Shown here piece after piece: positions 28,601 to 38,264 of a DNA stretch of 41,373 nucleotides; position 1 is the stretch's first letter, and every line of letters starts with the position of its first letter. A program made the translations under genes and the position numbers. The stretch comes from a virus. Its lineage: Duplodnaviria; Caudoviricetes. The DNA is taken from positions 1-41,373 of the IMG/VR virus record IMGVR_UViG_3300005611_000067. The stretch is one strand, 5' to 3'. The notes under the pieces were generated by a model. It made no database searches. It was not told the origin of the DNA and saw only the letters and a list, made by a program, of their open reading frames with translations.

Positions 28601-31600
28601 CAATCAAGAAGTACAGTGATTTGAAAGACTTTGATATTGTTGATTTTGGAAATGGAAACATTGACTATGCCGTAGCAACAAGCCTTGGTCGTGGTATTGC
28701 ACAAATTATTACAAACCACCGGCAAGGATTTAAACCATCATTAAATTCTAAACCTAGTGAAGAAATAAGTGCTAGGGCTAATAGACACCTATTGTCATCA
28801 GGCGGTAAACCAGATAGGAAGGTATATCAGTCTCTTATCTTTAGGGCACCGGTTGTTGGTGAGGTCCATCATATTTTCCCAAGGGCATTGCCAGACATTG
28901 AATCTGCATTTGTAGATTACAGATTAAGACAACGCATTCAACATATTCTTAATTCCGACATCGACGATCCAGAGTCTGTTATCAATGCCTACAAGAATCT
29001 CACAGAAGATCCAGATGAAGTCTTAACCGATAGAAGACCAGATCTGTTATCAATGGGCTTGAATCCAAATACAAATAACAGGGCTTTATCTAATAAACTA
29101 CCAACAATTGAAGATCTTAGGGCAAGGACAATTGAAGCACTATTGGATATGCCAGAGTTGCTACTTCTTTGGCAACACGACTCAATGACATATGCACCCG
29201 GAGCAAAAATATTCTTGGATGAAAATACCAAAAATAGAATGTTCAAGGAAGATGCACTTTCTCCGGGGTCGTTGTCAGCAACCGCAGTTCTTTCGGGTAT
29301 GGGTCCATTGTTTGCTCATGTCAAAACATATCCATTTTTAGGCGAAGATATTTTATATCAATCACTTGAAAGAGGAATCAAAGCATATAAAGAGGGTGGT
29401 TTTAGTAGAAGTAATTACTTTGACTTCAACATGAACGGTGCCCACCACATGGCTGCTTTGTCTTTGATGTACCTTGACAAAGATGGATCTAGGTTGGATG
29501 ACATGTTAAGAGATATTGGTCTTGAGGATGAAGCAAAAGATAGATACCAAGAAGCCGTAACTCTCTTGCGTGATAGTCTTGATCAAATTGAAAAGGTATA
29601 TATCTCACAGAAAGATACAAATGGAACGGAGCAGGCACGAAGACTAAAAGAGTTTTTAACAGAATCTGCTCAAGAAGCAAGAGAAGGTTTTAAGAATGCA
29701 GTTATTGCTAGACTATATTCTGGTGGGTTGAAAGCAGTTAGAGAGGGTATTGAAAATTGGATGTCTGAATCCAAACCAGTAGGACTTACGGGAGTTGATG
29801 CAGATTTTATTGCTCAACACTTGATGAACACCAAAGCATATCTTCAATTCAATATTCTAGATGAAGCATTGGGTGGTGTTACTTCTGAGCAAAGACAACA
29901 ATTAGCAGCGGCAATATCAACAGAATTGCGGGATGTATACCAAAAAGATTGGACAAAAAATCTTAGACAAAAGGCTAAGGAAAATGGTTACACTATAACC
30001 GCAGAAAGAATGTTCTCCTTAAATTTCTTACAAGAAGCCATTGAAGAAAGAATTAAATTTATTGCTGAAATTAGAAAACTTGATATTAAAACAGTAAGAG
30101 CCGAATATCAAGAAAGAATTGATAAAGCAATAGAGTTTGTTGGTGGTTTAGAAAAAACTGAAGATGGGCTTATTAAACTGGGAGATGAGCAAGCAAGGAA
30201 ACTTAATATTATTCTAATGGGCAAAGAAGAATGGTATAAGACAACACCTACTCTAATAGCATTGAATGCATTGCAAAGAGTTCCCTTTAGATTAAGAGGT
30301 ATCGAGAATGATGGCATAAGAGGTAGAATACAAGAACATTCCGATATCCTTGGCCGTCGCATTGAGGAATCGGATATTCTTGGTTTTGAAGATTTCAATG
30401 TCTATTTTACAATGGGGTTTGATTCAAGTGGTGGGCGTGGGTATTTTGTTGGGCATAAGTTCCAACCTATCAACTCAGAACTGTCATCAGTCGAAAGAGA
30501 AAATACCCCCGGTGGAAAAGATGATCAGAAGTATGCCATGTGGGGATTCAATAAAAACAATCTTAGCAAATTGAGTAGAGATAAGGCTGAACTTGAGGTG
30601 CAAAAACTTATGGCAAGACATATTGCTATGCAACTATCACCACGATATGCACCAAAGTTTGGTAACTACAACATGGCTGAATCCGAAACAAGAGAAGGAT
30701 TTATGCAAGAGTGGTATGAGCGATCAACTAGAGAAGACCAATCATATATTGACTATATTCGCAATGAACCAAGTTTATCAAAAGACGCAATTGATTTAAG
30801 AAGAAGCAATGGTGGCTTGCTTAAGAATGCAATCCGATTCTTGGTTGACCCATCTAGAACACTTAATACTGCAATGGATATTGAATACAACCCCGGATCA
30901 GAAAAAAGCATCAAGGGGCTTGGTGCATTCAGGCCAGAGTATGCAGCCATTCCTTGGCAGGAAAGAGGCATCATGTCACTTCAACAGATGTTCTATAATA
31001 AGTTGATCCAAGATGCCAAAGCAGACAAGGTAGCTAGAATGGACAAAGAGATAACTTCTGTCAATGATGTTATTCCATCTGAAGCAAGAGGATATGCCAA
31101 TAGGTACAAAAACTCCAAGGCTCCATATGTCTATCCCACACCAGTTGATGGCATCTATGAGATGACAACTGGAAACACATCTAGACGATTGGAGTTGAGA
31201 GCCAACAACCTTCAATACACTCTTGAAAAATTTGGCATGACCCATGGTCATAAAGATCTTGTAGAAGAACAGAACTGGGCAAAACTATATACCATTTGGA
31301 AAATCAACAATCTTGCAATCAGTCCTTACGTTAGAAAAATGGCTAAACTTAAAAACAAGCCGGGACAAGAAAGAAAAGAATATGTATTGGCTCAGTCACA
31401 CGCATTGAACATGTATCAAGCATTGACCCAACTATGGTCATTTCACGACAGCGTATCGGCTGAATCAAGATCTTATCTTGAATTTGGCAAGATGATTGGT
31501 ATTGAGGGCAAGACATTACAAGAAAAACATTACATTGACATGTTGTTTTATTTTGCTAAAAGAGGAGTCAATGTCCTTAAGCCAATTACACTAGGTCTTG

Positions 31601-34600
31601 AGCCAACAAACAACATCGTTGCTTCTGGAGAACCTTCATCAGACGAACGCTCTACAAGAATAACAACTCTTACAGTGCAGAGTATCGACTCCTTACAGAT
31701 GATTTACAATGTTGTATATGAAACTGAAGGCAGAAAAATAGCAACAGAGTACATGAAAAAGGTAGACCCAGAAAACTTTAAATCGCTGGAAAAGGATGGT
31801 AATGGCTTTGTACTATTGAGTTCTGTACCAAAAGAACATCAGCAAGCAGTATTTAGAGAGATCTTCACATCGGATAGAACGCAAAGAAGAGAAGAGTTTG
31901 ATCTTTACTTGTTCATTGATGAAGTTACACAAGAAACTCAAATTGGAAATAAAATAGATTTTGACAATGCTAAGAATCCTAAAGCAAGGGGACGGGATGG
32001 TGGAATGCCTAGGTTCGATACTTCACGAACCAATGGCAATACAATCTACAAACTAACACCAGAAGATTTGCAAAACATGTTTACCCAACTTCAAAACCAA
32101 GTATTGTTGTATAACACAGAACTAGCAACAGCACTTGGAACAGATATTGGCATGGTAGACAATGAGAATATGGTGTTTATGAATGCAGAACGAAGACGAT
32201 TCTACGAAACACAGAGAATGGCCTATGCTGATGAAATGGATATCCTTTCAATTCTGCACTCTCGCTCTACTTCTCCATTAAGAACAACATACAATGTGGG
32301 AATGAGTGGCGATTTTGGTTTGCCTGTTGAAGTATATGATGCTGGTTTTTATGTTGCAGGAAAAGATGCTGACCCAAGAGGCACCGCATTTGATAGAGCA
32401 TGGCAGGGTAAAATCTCAAGAGCAATTGAGACGGCAAGGATGTATGGACTTACAGAAGAAGCAGAAAGACTTGAAACTCTATTAACAAGCGACAACAAGT
32501 ATCTTATTCCAGCAATCATCATCATGTCTCAAGTTGAAGAAAGAGAAGCAAGACTACAAAGATTAAGATCTTATGTTGGATCTGCTATGGATAATAAGCA
32601 GTTTGAAAAGATTTATCGAGATGCTTCTTTATTTATAAATGATTATTTGAACGCTGTTACAAGAGATGTACCTAGAAACAAATTCTCCCATCAAGCCAAA
32701 AGATTTGTTGAGTTGAATGGACCAATTGAAGTTATAAACATTAGTCCAAAGGTTCTTAAGGCTATTGGTGTTGAGGATACCTCTAGCAGAGAAGAAGTTC
32801 AACTCGCAAAGCAAGCCCTTGAGAATGCCAACAAACAATACACCCAAGAGGCTGGCATCTTGTTAACAGACAACAATATTGAGACACTTGTCGAAGACGA
32901 CGGTCTTACTGATGCATTCCAATCAAATGGACAACATATTGAAATACAAATCTCTGCACTTGTTCAACAAGGAGCAATAACAGAAGAAACTGCCGAGTTG
33001 TATAGAGGCATGTTTGGAATCATTCTAACTCACAACAAGGAGTTTGCAAACAACTTATCAATTGTTTTAGACCCTAGCCTTGAGCGTGCTGGTTTAAGTC
33101 AGAGATATGGCGATAGGTTTGTAATCAAACTCAACCCACAACTATTAAAGCGTAGAGCCGTACCTGAAGCATTGGAAGTCATGGCACATGAGATTTCACA
33201 CATTGCAAGGCTCAGGCATTTGGAAACCGAAAGTGAAGCATATCGTGGATTTATTGCAGCATTCAGAACCAAAGAAGGAAAAGAAGCAATTACCGACATG
33301 GTAACTTCCATGTATGCTGGAGACAAGGGTGAAATAAATGCATTGCTTGATCACTATACCACAAATGCAGAAGAATTTCTTGCAGAGTGGGGAGCATTTG
33401 TTTTAATATCAAGAACCATCAATAACAAGAGTGTCATCAACAATATTAACAAACTCAGAGAAAAATACAATGTTGTTGATGAGGCAACCAGTTGGTGGGA
33501 GCGAGCATTCAATAGAATAAAAAGAATTGCCTCGTCCATAACACAAAGAATGCAGGTATTTAGACAATCAAATCGCAAAGCAATGGAGTATATGGACAAC
33601 CTTGTTGAAGTCATGTTTAACTTTGGCAATACATACAGCACATCTAGGGCTGCGGTTGACAATATAACAGGAACATTCGGCACTCCTCTTGTAGAATTGG
33701 AGCGAGGAACCGGAATAATAGACAGTGATAAAATTGTTGACCTTTTGGGCAAGTACAATACAGTGGATGCACTAGAATCAAGGGTGGAATATCTTAGTGA
33801 AGAGGAGCAAGCCACACTTATAAATTACAAAAACGAGTTGGCTGAACTACCAGCAAATACAATTCTAGGTTTGGACACAAAAGAGTACATCGAAACCATA
33901 AATAGACTGGTTCAATATGGTAGTGAGACTGGTCAAGTTGAGATTACAAGAAAACCAAGAAGCAAAGATGAAAGAATAGCACTTGCTACCTTTGTTTTGG
34001 AGAGAATCTCAAAGATTAGAGGCGTAAGACCAGATAATCTTTCTGTAATTTCAAGACTTGTAAGGGATATGCCCAAGGCAACAAGAGTAAGAAACTGGAT
34101 TATTGAAACATTCTTGACCGGAACAGCAAGAAAAGTCGGAGAACAAGGTAAACTTGGCGGAGGTTTGGGTGGTGGTAGCAGTGCAAACCTTACCTATGCG
34201 TCTGCCGAGTCAATTTTGGTTGCACTTGGCTTCATTATGAACACGGTTAAGGGTGGTGGAATCTTCAGTGAAAAGGTTGGGGGCATTCTTCAAGACAAAA
34301 ACTACATTGAACAATGGTCAAGACCTGTTGTATTGATGTCAGAAAGAATTAAAAACTCCTATAACCAAAGAGAAGCACAATTAATTCGCAGTGCAGCCTT
34401 CTATTATATGCTTTTAGGAAAGCCATCTGATAGAAATCAAATACCAATTGGTGAAGATCTTACAAATGAGATGTTTGAACTTGCCAAACAGTATGCTGAA
34501 ACATATGCAAGCAACATTTCAAACTTTGTAGATCTTGCTGTAGAGTATGAAACCTACACTTCAAGCTTTGTCTCGCCTGAAGATATGATTGCTTTGAGAA

Positions 34601-37479
34601 TAAACAACACATTCTTTGAGAAAGATTCGGAAAGTGCTGGTAGATTTGAAGAAGCATTGTCCAAACTATACACCAAAAAGGTAGAAGACAACATGAAAGA
34701 TGAGGGCATGGTAGATGTATACTCCCTCTACCTGAGCGGTGGCATGTTTAGTATCAGCGATGCATATTCAAACAACAGCCCAATTGAGGAATTCTACAAT
34801 AAAATCCAAAGTGAGATAATCAAACTAAATGAAGCACAAAGACTTATTCTCGATGAAGTTGAGTCTTTTGCTTTTGAGTTATACAAAGAAAAGAACCCAA
34901 ATACCACTTTGACTCTTAGTTCGTTTAAGTATTCCTTAAAGTTAAACACAACAAACAGCAATTGGCAAGCCGCCAAAGAGCATCTTTTAGAAGCCGCAAC
35001 TAGAATCCTAAGACAAGCAAACTCTGGTAAATCATATAGTACTATCTTTAAATCTTTAAATTCAAGTCAAAGAAATACGATAATTAAATACCTACAGGGT
35101 AACTTAAACAATCAAGTTAGTGAATCGGCGGTACGACAAGAACAAGATATTGTAAGAGGCAGACTGCCATACATCTTTTATGGTTCTACAAAACCACCAA
35201 AGTATTTTAAAAACAATGTTCTTGACAAAAAGAATTCTCCTATTAGGTTGAGAGTACTTAATTTAATAAACTCACAAGGTCATAGTACTGTTATGCCTAA
35301 TGCCCAGTCATTGGATGTAACTGCCAAGGATATCTTTATCGAGGCAAGTGGTTTGAATCCAAACGAACGAAGCATCCTTAGAAATGGGTTTTCAACAGAT
35401 CTAAAATCAATCATTGTAGGTATGGAAAGAACAATGGCAAGATCTGCCTATAACCGAAAAGCCATCCAAGACCTGTCTGGAGTCAGGGGAGTTAGTTTTG
35501 CAAACCTCATTGAAGCAATTAAAGGCGCAAAGCAAGATTCCGATTGGGATAGTGTATTGGATGAGGTCCAGAGAAAACACGATCTTGCAATTGGTGCTGC
35601 AACTAGAGTAATTGAAACTCAAGGATCGGGTGAAGAAAATTTTGGATTGCGTGCAGCAGACTTCTTTACCACTGCACTATGGGGTCCAAACCGAAACGCC
35701 GCAGCATTAATCAACGAAGGTACATTAAGTACCGTTGTTACCACAATCTATGGAGGCAATCCCATAGCATTCATGAAAGATGTGGTCTCTGGTATATTGC
35801 CCTTATTTACAAATGTCATCTCACGAAAACTTGGAAATAGATTGCTTAACAATTCAATATTCACATCTGTCCCTCAAGCCTTGTTCGATATCGACACAGC
35901 AACAAGAGGATTCTTAGAACATCAATTAATTACTAAAGATGAAGAAGAAGCCGTCAGCAGTCTAGATCAAAATGGATTCAAAAAAACAAAACCAATAAAG
36001 GTAAAAGGTGCTATTGATTCTTTTTGGAAAAGAATAAAAGACTCTCATCTTATAGTAGAACCTGCATTAAGAGCCGCAATGATGCGACAAGCACAGGTAG
36101 CATTGATTAGAAGAATCAACAAATTAGAGAAGTATCTTGATTTTATCGAACAATATGATGGTCCAAGAGGACCAGAAATGTACAAGAGATTGGAAGTAGA
36201 AGTAGGAACTACTAGGATCTTGGATCTTTGGGGATCTGAAAAACTGGTTGTCCAATACATGCATGAGTCTGGTTTGCTTGATCGAAAAACAATCAAGGCT
36301 CTAAAGTACATTGTAACTGAACTTAACGGAATCTCGAAAACTGGAATATTGGGAAGAGAGTTCTTTGATATCAGCGAAATCCAAAGAATGATTGAAGAAT
36401 CTGTAACATCAAGACTGTTTGACAAGATGCCAAACTCTGGTGGGCTGACAAAGAACGATCTATACGAAGCATTGAATGCTGTTGGTAAATTCCAAGTCTC
36501 ATTGATGAGACAGGCTATTACAGAAGGAAATACAATGGATAGGCAGACAGAAGGTCGTCCTATCCTATCATTCATGAATCTGTACAGATCGTTTCCAAAG
36601 TTGTTTGTAACCCAACATGCCTTAGAATCCTATGGCAGAACAACAGGTGGGATCCTTGCAACCAAGGTTATAACAGCAGGGTTCTTTGATATTATTTACA
36701 ATCTTGCATTGTTGTGGGCTGTTGGTGTCATTACAGAAGATGACATAGAAAGATGGAAGAAAGAAGGACCAAACATAAAAGACTATACGCTTCTCACAAC
36801 CGTTGTTGCACGAAACCCATTCTTTACGACAAGAATGCTACCAAGCATCGTTGCATCACTACTTCCCATTATTGCTGGCAAGACCATTGCTGGTGATAAA
36901 ATCTCAATCTATGACATGACCTTGGCAGGACTGCCTCCAGCAGCCGCCGCAATCTTAAGCGGTGTAGCAAAAAGTATTCAAATTGGTCAAGATGCCATCA
37001 ATAGAGATGGTGAATTTTCATTAGGGCAGGCTACTGATTTTGCGGCTAGGTTAATTCCATTTATTGACCCAATTACAAGATACTATATTGCATCAGTCAT
37101 TGACCCAGAATTCAAACAAAACAAGAATAAAACCAATAGAGGAAGGAACACAAGCCCCATAAATGTAGGTAACACCTTGATGGATAATCAGTTAGAGACA
37201 GAAAGAAGCCTATTTAGGGCAATACTGAACGAAGCATTCCCAACAGGAATGAAGAACCTAGTCCAACCAATGCCTTCGTTTATGGACGCTCAGATGCCTC
37301 CTATGCCGTTCCAGCCTCCCAAGGCTACCGAACTACTCCAAAACCTACAAAGTCCCGCAGAGGGCGTCTCAGAGCCTCCTGCGGCACCTCAGCCACAACC
37401 AACCACAACTCCTAGCCCAATGGAGGGACCAAGGAGTATCAATCCTGCCAAACCACCAGAACAGTTAGGAGGACCGTAA
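25639..37479 (+). CDS. Giant multidomain ejection protein (3946 aa): degenerate exonuclease-like domain, putative virion RNA polymerase, HExxH zincin domain and gp16-like C-terminus
   Basis: TYNGNAFD and YSLAD exo motifs. FDFNMNGAHH, DRY and REGFKNAVIARLYSGG polymerase motifs. AHEISH...EEFLAE. Terminal RLIPFID resembles the ends of internal virion protein D. Confidence 0.75.
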   Translation: MDPCSPELIQKILDERRTQLEGRGLNANQIAADLAHVEAALSDPAGYARLVQPKGLNADEQRELDGLIEKARRGFDAGIPRISSILSQGETERLRVLVYKKSNRGGPQPKITRFETAESMIQRYRDSGDEVKANRLATLLRKARERAEANNRRGQDNAKLNELELKLDDLNQDIDTIVMLLNQNKPKAINENRLELVKLGKRLQRINNKIDSEKNSKRKGALKKQASEIVKKIKELEKKSNKVVEQFKQRNPSERKALAELIKQKRDLIDQLSKDFGIYRGVSLDSFIDSVPQTLASIAKDIEEMKRDISFREDVIEEMFKESNTIESALLAKVLGENFVMQRVDKNKPLTRKKVNELFKEWKSLSFEYAGSREKFIADTDFADEESLDELASSLNDPTIEGIIDETDGQMLLIPDKSLAESIRDSTPGKIPSKNVLGEKDGEVLYRALKSLLSRMETYRRLPQFGRFVDIAFIAKIISQIPKIDDVDATILFKKAIQWRDSDTSAGDMSYDEILSITKTLLKELGLDEDVLSSPEFTDPVNWKKNTKVFSLGLETYLDGDKNIHTVIFTEEGREKDPSSVRSSADGVAFTSEELMDLLVEIESKQNQGMALVTYNGNAFDLYAIAQKIGTREATEMASRIMLRSFDIFQNMRAFRSTTENSTNATSQMYKLGNVASAVGVSEFKTEDNYMPPLLKKRSLDQTVTIEDLSAIPDEVLSAEEKEIIVEDINKVTSDQARQRLETYSLADGALNIQVFRAMQERNGASVRVRHTNRNVYAVTIEELVPTWASVTQHSSTYNGISESVAQWTTTALGRTMATAFDSFLGQEENNKTVIDLDKAQPIVMALMAASLRFAPNTEAFGRVLSKVIKEGLTPEQQAYMTAVKISKLNAEAAKEINKSTYLSNDSRLPIGIIGADKNGLIPGIEFAEGNEKDQRNQYISAVVDGFKEQLGRSYQKRLAELAEAENFKPQESTNREDDYIMEFLIATIKKYSDLKDFDIVDFGNGNIDYAVATSLGRGIAQIITNHRQGFKPSLNSKPSEEISARANRHLLSSGGKPDRKVYQSLIFRAPVVGEVHHIFPRALPDIESAFVDYRLRQRIQHILNSDIDDPESVINAYKNLTEDPDEVLTDRRPDLLSMGLNPNTNNRALSNKLPTIEDLRARTIEALLDMPELLLLWQHDSMTYAPGAKIFLDENTKNRMFKEDALSPGSLSATAVLSGMGPLFAHVKTYPFLGEDILYQSLERGIKAYKEGGFSRSNYFDFNMNGAHHMAALSLMYLDKDGSRLDDMLRDIGLEDEAKDRYQEAVTLLRDSLDQIEKVYISQKDTNGTEQARRLKEFLTESAQEAREGFKNAVIARLYSGGLKAVREGIENWMSESKPVGLTGVDADFIAQHLMNTKAYLQFNILDEALGGVTSEQRQQLAAAISTELRDVYQKDWTKNLRQKAKENGYTITAERMFSLNFLQEAIEERIKFIAEIRKLDIKTVRAEYQERIDKAIEFVGGLEKTEDGLIKLGDEQARKLNIILMGKEEWYKTTPTLIALNALQRVPFRLRGIENDGIRGRIQEHSDILGRRIEESDILGFEDFNVYFTMGFDSSGGRGYFVGHKFQPINSELSSVERENTPGGKDDQKYAMWGFNKNNLSKLSRDKAELEVQKLMARHIAMQLSPRYAPKFGNYNMAESETREGFMQEWYERSTREDQSYIDYIRNEPSLSKDAIDLRRSNGGLLKNAIRFLVDPSRTLNTAMDIEYNPGSEKSIKGLGAFRPEYAAIPWQERGIMSLQQMFYNKLIQDAKADKVARMDKEITSVNDVIPSEARGYANRYKNSKAPYVYPTPVDGIYEMTTGNTSRRLELRANNLQYTLEKFGMTHGHKDLVEEQNWAKLYTIWKINNLAISPYVRKMAKLKNKPGQERKEYVLAQSHALNMYQALTQLWSFHDSVSAESRSYLEFGKMIGIEGKTLQEKHYIDMLFYFAKRGVNVLKPITLGLEPTNNIVASGEPSSDERSTRITTLTVQSIDSLQMIYNVVYETEGRKIATEYMKKVDPENFKSLEKDGNGFVLLSSVPKEHQQAVFREIFTSDRTQRREEFDLYLFIDEVTQETQIGNKIDFDNAKNPKARGRDGGMPRFDTSRTNGNTIYKLTPEDLQNMFTQLQNQVLLYNTELATALGTDIGMVDNENMVFMNAERRRFYETQRMAYADEMDILSILHSRSTSPLRTTYNVGMSGDFGLPVEVYDAGFYVAGKDADPRGTAFDRAWQGKISRAIETARMYGLTEEAERLETLLTSDNKYLIPAIIIMSQVEEREARLQRLRSYVGSAMDNKQFEKIYRDASLFINDYLNAVTRDVPRNKFSHQAKRFVELNGPIEVINISPKVLKAIGVEDTSSREEVQLAKQALENANKQYTQEAGILLTDNNIETLVEDDGLTDAFQSNGQHIEIQISALVQQGAITEETAELYRGMFGIILTHNKEFANNLSIVLDPSLERAGLSQRYGDRFVIKLNPQLLKRRAVPEALEVMAHEISHIARLRHLETESEAYRGFIAAFRTKEGKEAITDMVTSMYAGDKGEINALLDHYTTNAEEFLAEWGAFVLISRTINNKSVINNINKLREKYNVVDEATSWWERAFNRIKRIASSITQRMQVFRQSNRKAMEYMDNLVEVMFNFGNTYSTSRAAVDNITGTFGTPLVELERGTGIIDSDKIVDLLGKYNTVDALESRVEYLSEEEQATLINYKNELAELPANTILGLDTKEYIETINRLVQYGSETGQVEITRKPRSKDERIALATFVLERISKIRGVRPDNLSVISRLVRDMPKATRVRNWIIETFLTGTARKVGEQGKLGGGLGGGSSANLTYASAESILVALGFIMNTVKGGGIFSEKVGGILQDKNYIEQWSRPVVLMSERIKNSYNQREAQLIRSAAFYYMLLGKPSDRNQIPIGEDLTNEMFELAKQYAETYASNISNFVDLAVEYETYTSSFVSPEDMIALRINNTFFEKDSESAGRFEEALSKLYTKKVEDNMKDEGMVDVYSLYLSGGMFSISDAYSNNSPIEEFYNKIQSEIIKLNEAQRLILDEVESFAFELYKEKNPNTTLTLSSFKYSLKLNTTNSNWQAAKEHLLEAATRILRQANSGKSYSTIFKSLNSSQRNTIIKYLQGNLNNQVSESAVRQEQDIVRGRLPYIFYGSTKPPKYFKNNVLDKKNSPIRLRVLNLINSQGHSTVMPNAQSLDVTAKDIFIEASGLNPNERSILRNGFSTDLKSIIVGMERTMARSAYNRKAIQDLSGVRGVSFANLIEAIKGAKQDSDWDSVLDEVQRKHDLAIGAATRVIETQGSGEENFGLRAADFFTTALWGPNRNAAALINEGTLSTVVTTIYGGNPIAFMKDVVSGILPLFTNVISRKLGNRLLNNSIFTSVPQALFDIDTATRGFLEHQLITKDEEEAVSSLDQNGFKKTKPIKVKGAIDSFWKRIKDSHLIVEPALRAAMMRQAQVALIRRINKLEKYLDFIEQYDGPRGPEMYKRLEVEVGTTRILDLWGSEKLVVQYMHESGLLDRKTIKALKYIVTELNGISKTGILGREFFDISEIQRMIEESVTSRLFDKMPNSGGLTKNDLYEALNAVGKFQVSLMRQAITEGNTMDRQTEGRPILSFMNLYRSFPKLFVTQHALESYGRTTGGILATKVITAGFFDIIYNLALLWAVGVITEDDIERWKKEGPNIKDYTLLTTVVARNPFFTTRMLPSIVASLLPIIAGKTIAGDKISIYDMTLAGLPPAAAAILSGVAKSIQIGQDAINRDGEFSLGQATDFAARLIPFIDPITRYYIASVIDPEFKQNKNKTNRGRNTSPINVGNTLMDNQLETERSLFRAILNEAFPTGMKNLVQPMPSFMDAQMPPMPFQPPKATELLQNLQSPAEGVSEPPAAPQPQPTTTPSPMEGPRSINPAKPPEQLGGP

Positions 37480-37739
37480 TGGCAAAGAAGAAAGGTGCAA
37501 TGAAAGGTTGCAATATCGGAAACAAATGTAAAGATCCCAAGGGTGGGCTTACCGCCAAGGGAAGAGCCATGATCAACCGAAAGACAGGCTCCAACCTCAA
37601 GCCACCCCAGCCGGGAGGGGGTCCACGAAAGAAATCCTTCTGTGCCCGCAACCTAGGACAAATCAAGAAATTCAATATTGATTGTAAAAAGACTCCTGAT
37701 AAACGAGCATGTAAGGCAAGAAGAAAGTGGGCGTGCTGA
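37479..37739 (+). CDS. Small basic Cys-containing phage protein (KDPKGGLTAKGR...RKKSFCAR...ARRKWAC family)
   Basis: AGGAGG SD. The motif recurs in uncharacterised aquatic phage proteins. Confidence 0.85.
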   Translation: MAKKKGAMKGCNIGNKCKDPKGGLTAKGRAMINRKTGSNLKPPQPGGGPRKKSFCARNLGQIKKFNIDCKKTPDKRACKARRKWAC

Positions 37740-37740
37740 C

Positions 37741-37899
37741 ATGGCAAAAAAGAAAGCAAAACGAGACGCCTGCTACTCCAAAGTAAAAAGTCGTTACACC
37801 AAATGGCCCAGCGCATACGCCTCCGGGGCACTGGTAAAATGCCGAAAGGTCGGAGCCAAGAACTGGGGAAAGGGTAAGTCCAATGGCAAAAAAGGCTAA
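37741..37899 (+). CDS. Small basic phage protein (DACYSKVKSRYTKWPSAYASGALVKCRKVGAKNWG family), 52 aa
   Basis: ATG two bases after the upstream stop. The motif is recognisable from cyanophage-type hypothetical proteins. Confidence 0.85.
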   Translation: MAKKKAKRDACYSKVKSRYTKWPSAYASGALVKCRKVGAKNWGKGKSNGKKG

Positions 37900-38113
37900 C
37901 TTCGATCAAGAAAAGAAAAAGGGATTGCATGGATGGTTTAGTCGCAATCAAGGCAAGGGATGGGTGGATTGCAAGACAGGAAAGACATGTGGGAGGAAGT
38001 CTGCCAAGGGAGGAAGCAAACGACCATATCCAGCGTGCCGACCAACCAAAGCCATGTGTTCGTCAGCAAAGAACCGCAAGAAAGGACCAAAGAGAATTTC
38101 TTGGAAAAAATAA
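37883..38113 (+). CDS. Small basic phage protein (GLHGWF...WVDCKTGKTCGR...RPYPACRP family)
   Basis: Overlaps the upstream gene and carries a recurrent phage motif. Last gene of the late block. Confidence 0.85.
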   Translation: MAKKANFDQEKKKGLHGWFSRNQGKGWVDCKTGKTCGRKSAKGGSKRPYPACRPTKAMCSSAKNRKKGPKRISWKK

Positions 38114-38240
38114 TAAAAAAGAAAATCGACTAGGGGGTCAGGAATTTACGGAGGGGGAGTAACAAGTTGGGAGGTATCGTTACCCCCCCTTACCCCCCCA
38201 GCAATGCTACTGTGCTGGTGGGTGGCAACAGTGTGACCTC

Positions 38241-38264
38241 GGCTCCCCTCACAAGAGGGGAGCC
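38241..38264. promoter_or_regulatory. Perfect 10-bp hairpin upstream of the RNAP gene
   Basis: GGCTCCCCTC-ACAA-GAGGGGAGCC with no U-tract, 87 nt before the RNAP start. Confidence 0.6.

Noticed and set aside
29170-29190. WQHDSM as motif C of the virion RNAP
   Set aside because: It lies upstream of motif A, the wrong order for this polymerase family.
27270-29730. Reading the exo plus polymerase motifs as a family A DNA polymerase
   Set aside because: Motif A is D-x3-NG rather than D-x-S/A-x-I/L-E-x-R, and the domain sits in an ejection-type protein. An RNAP fits better, though only a structure search can exclude this.
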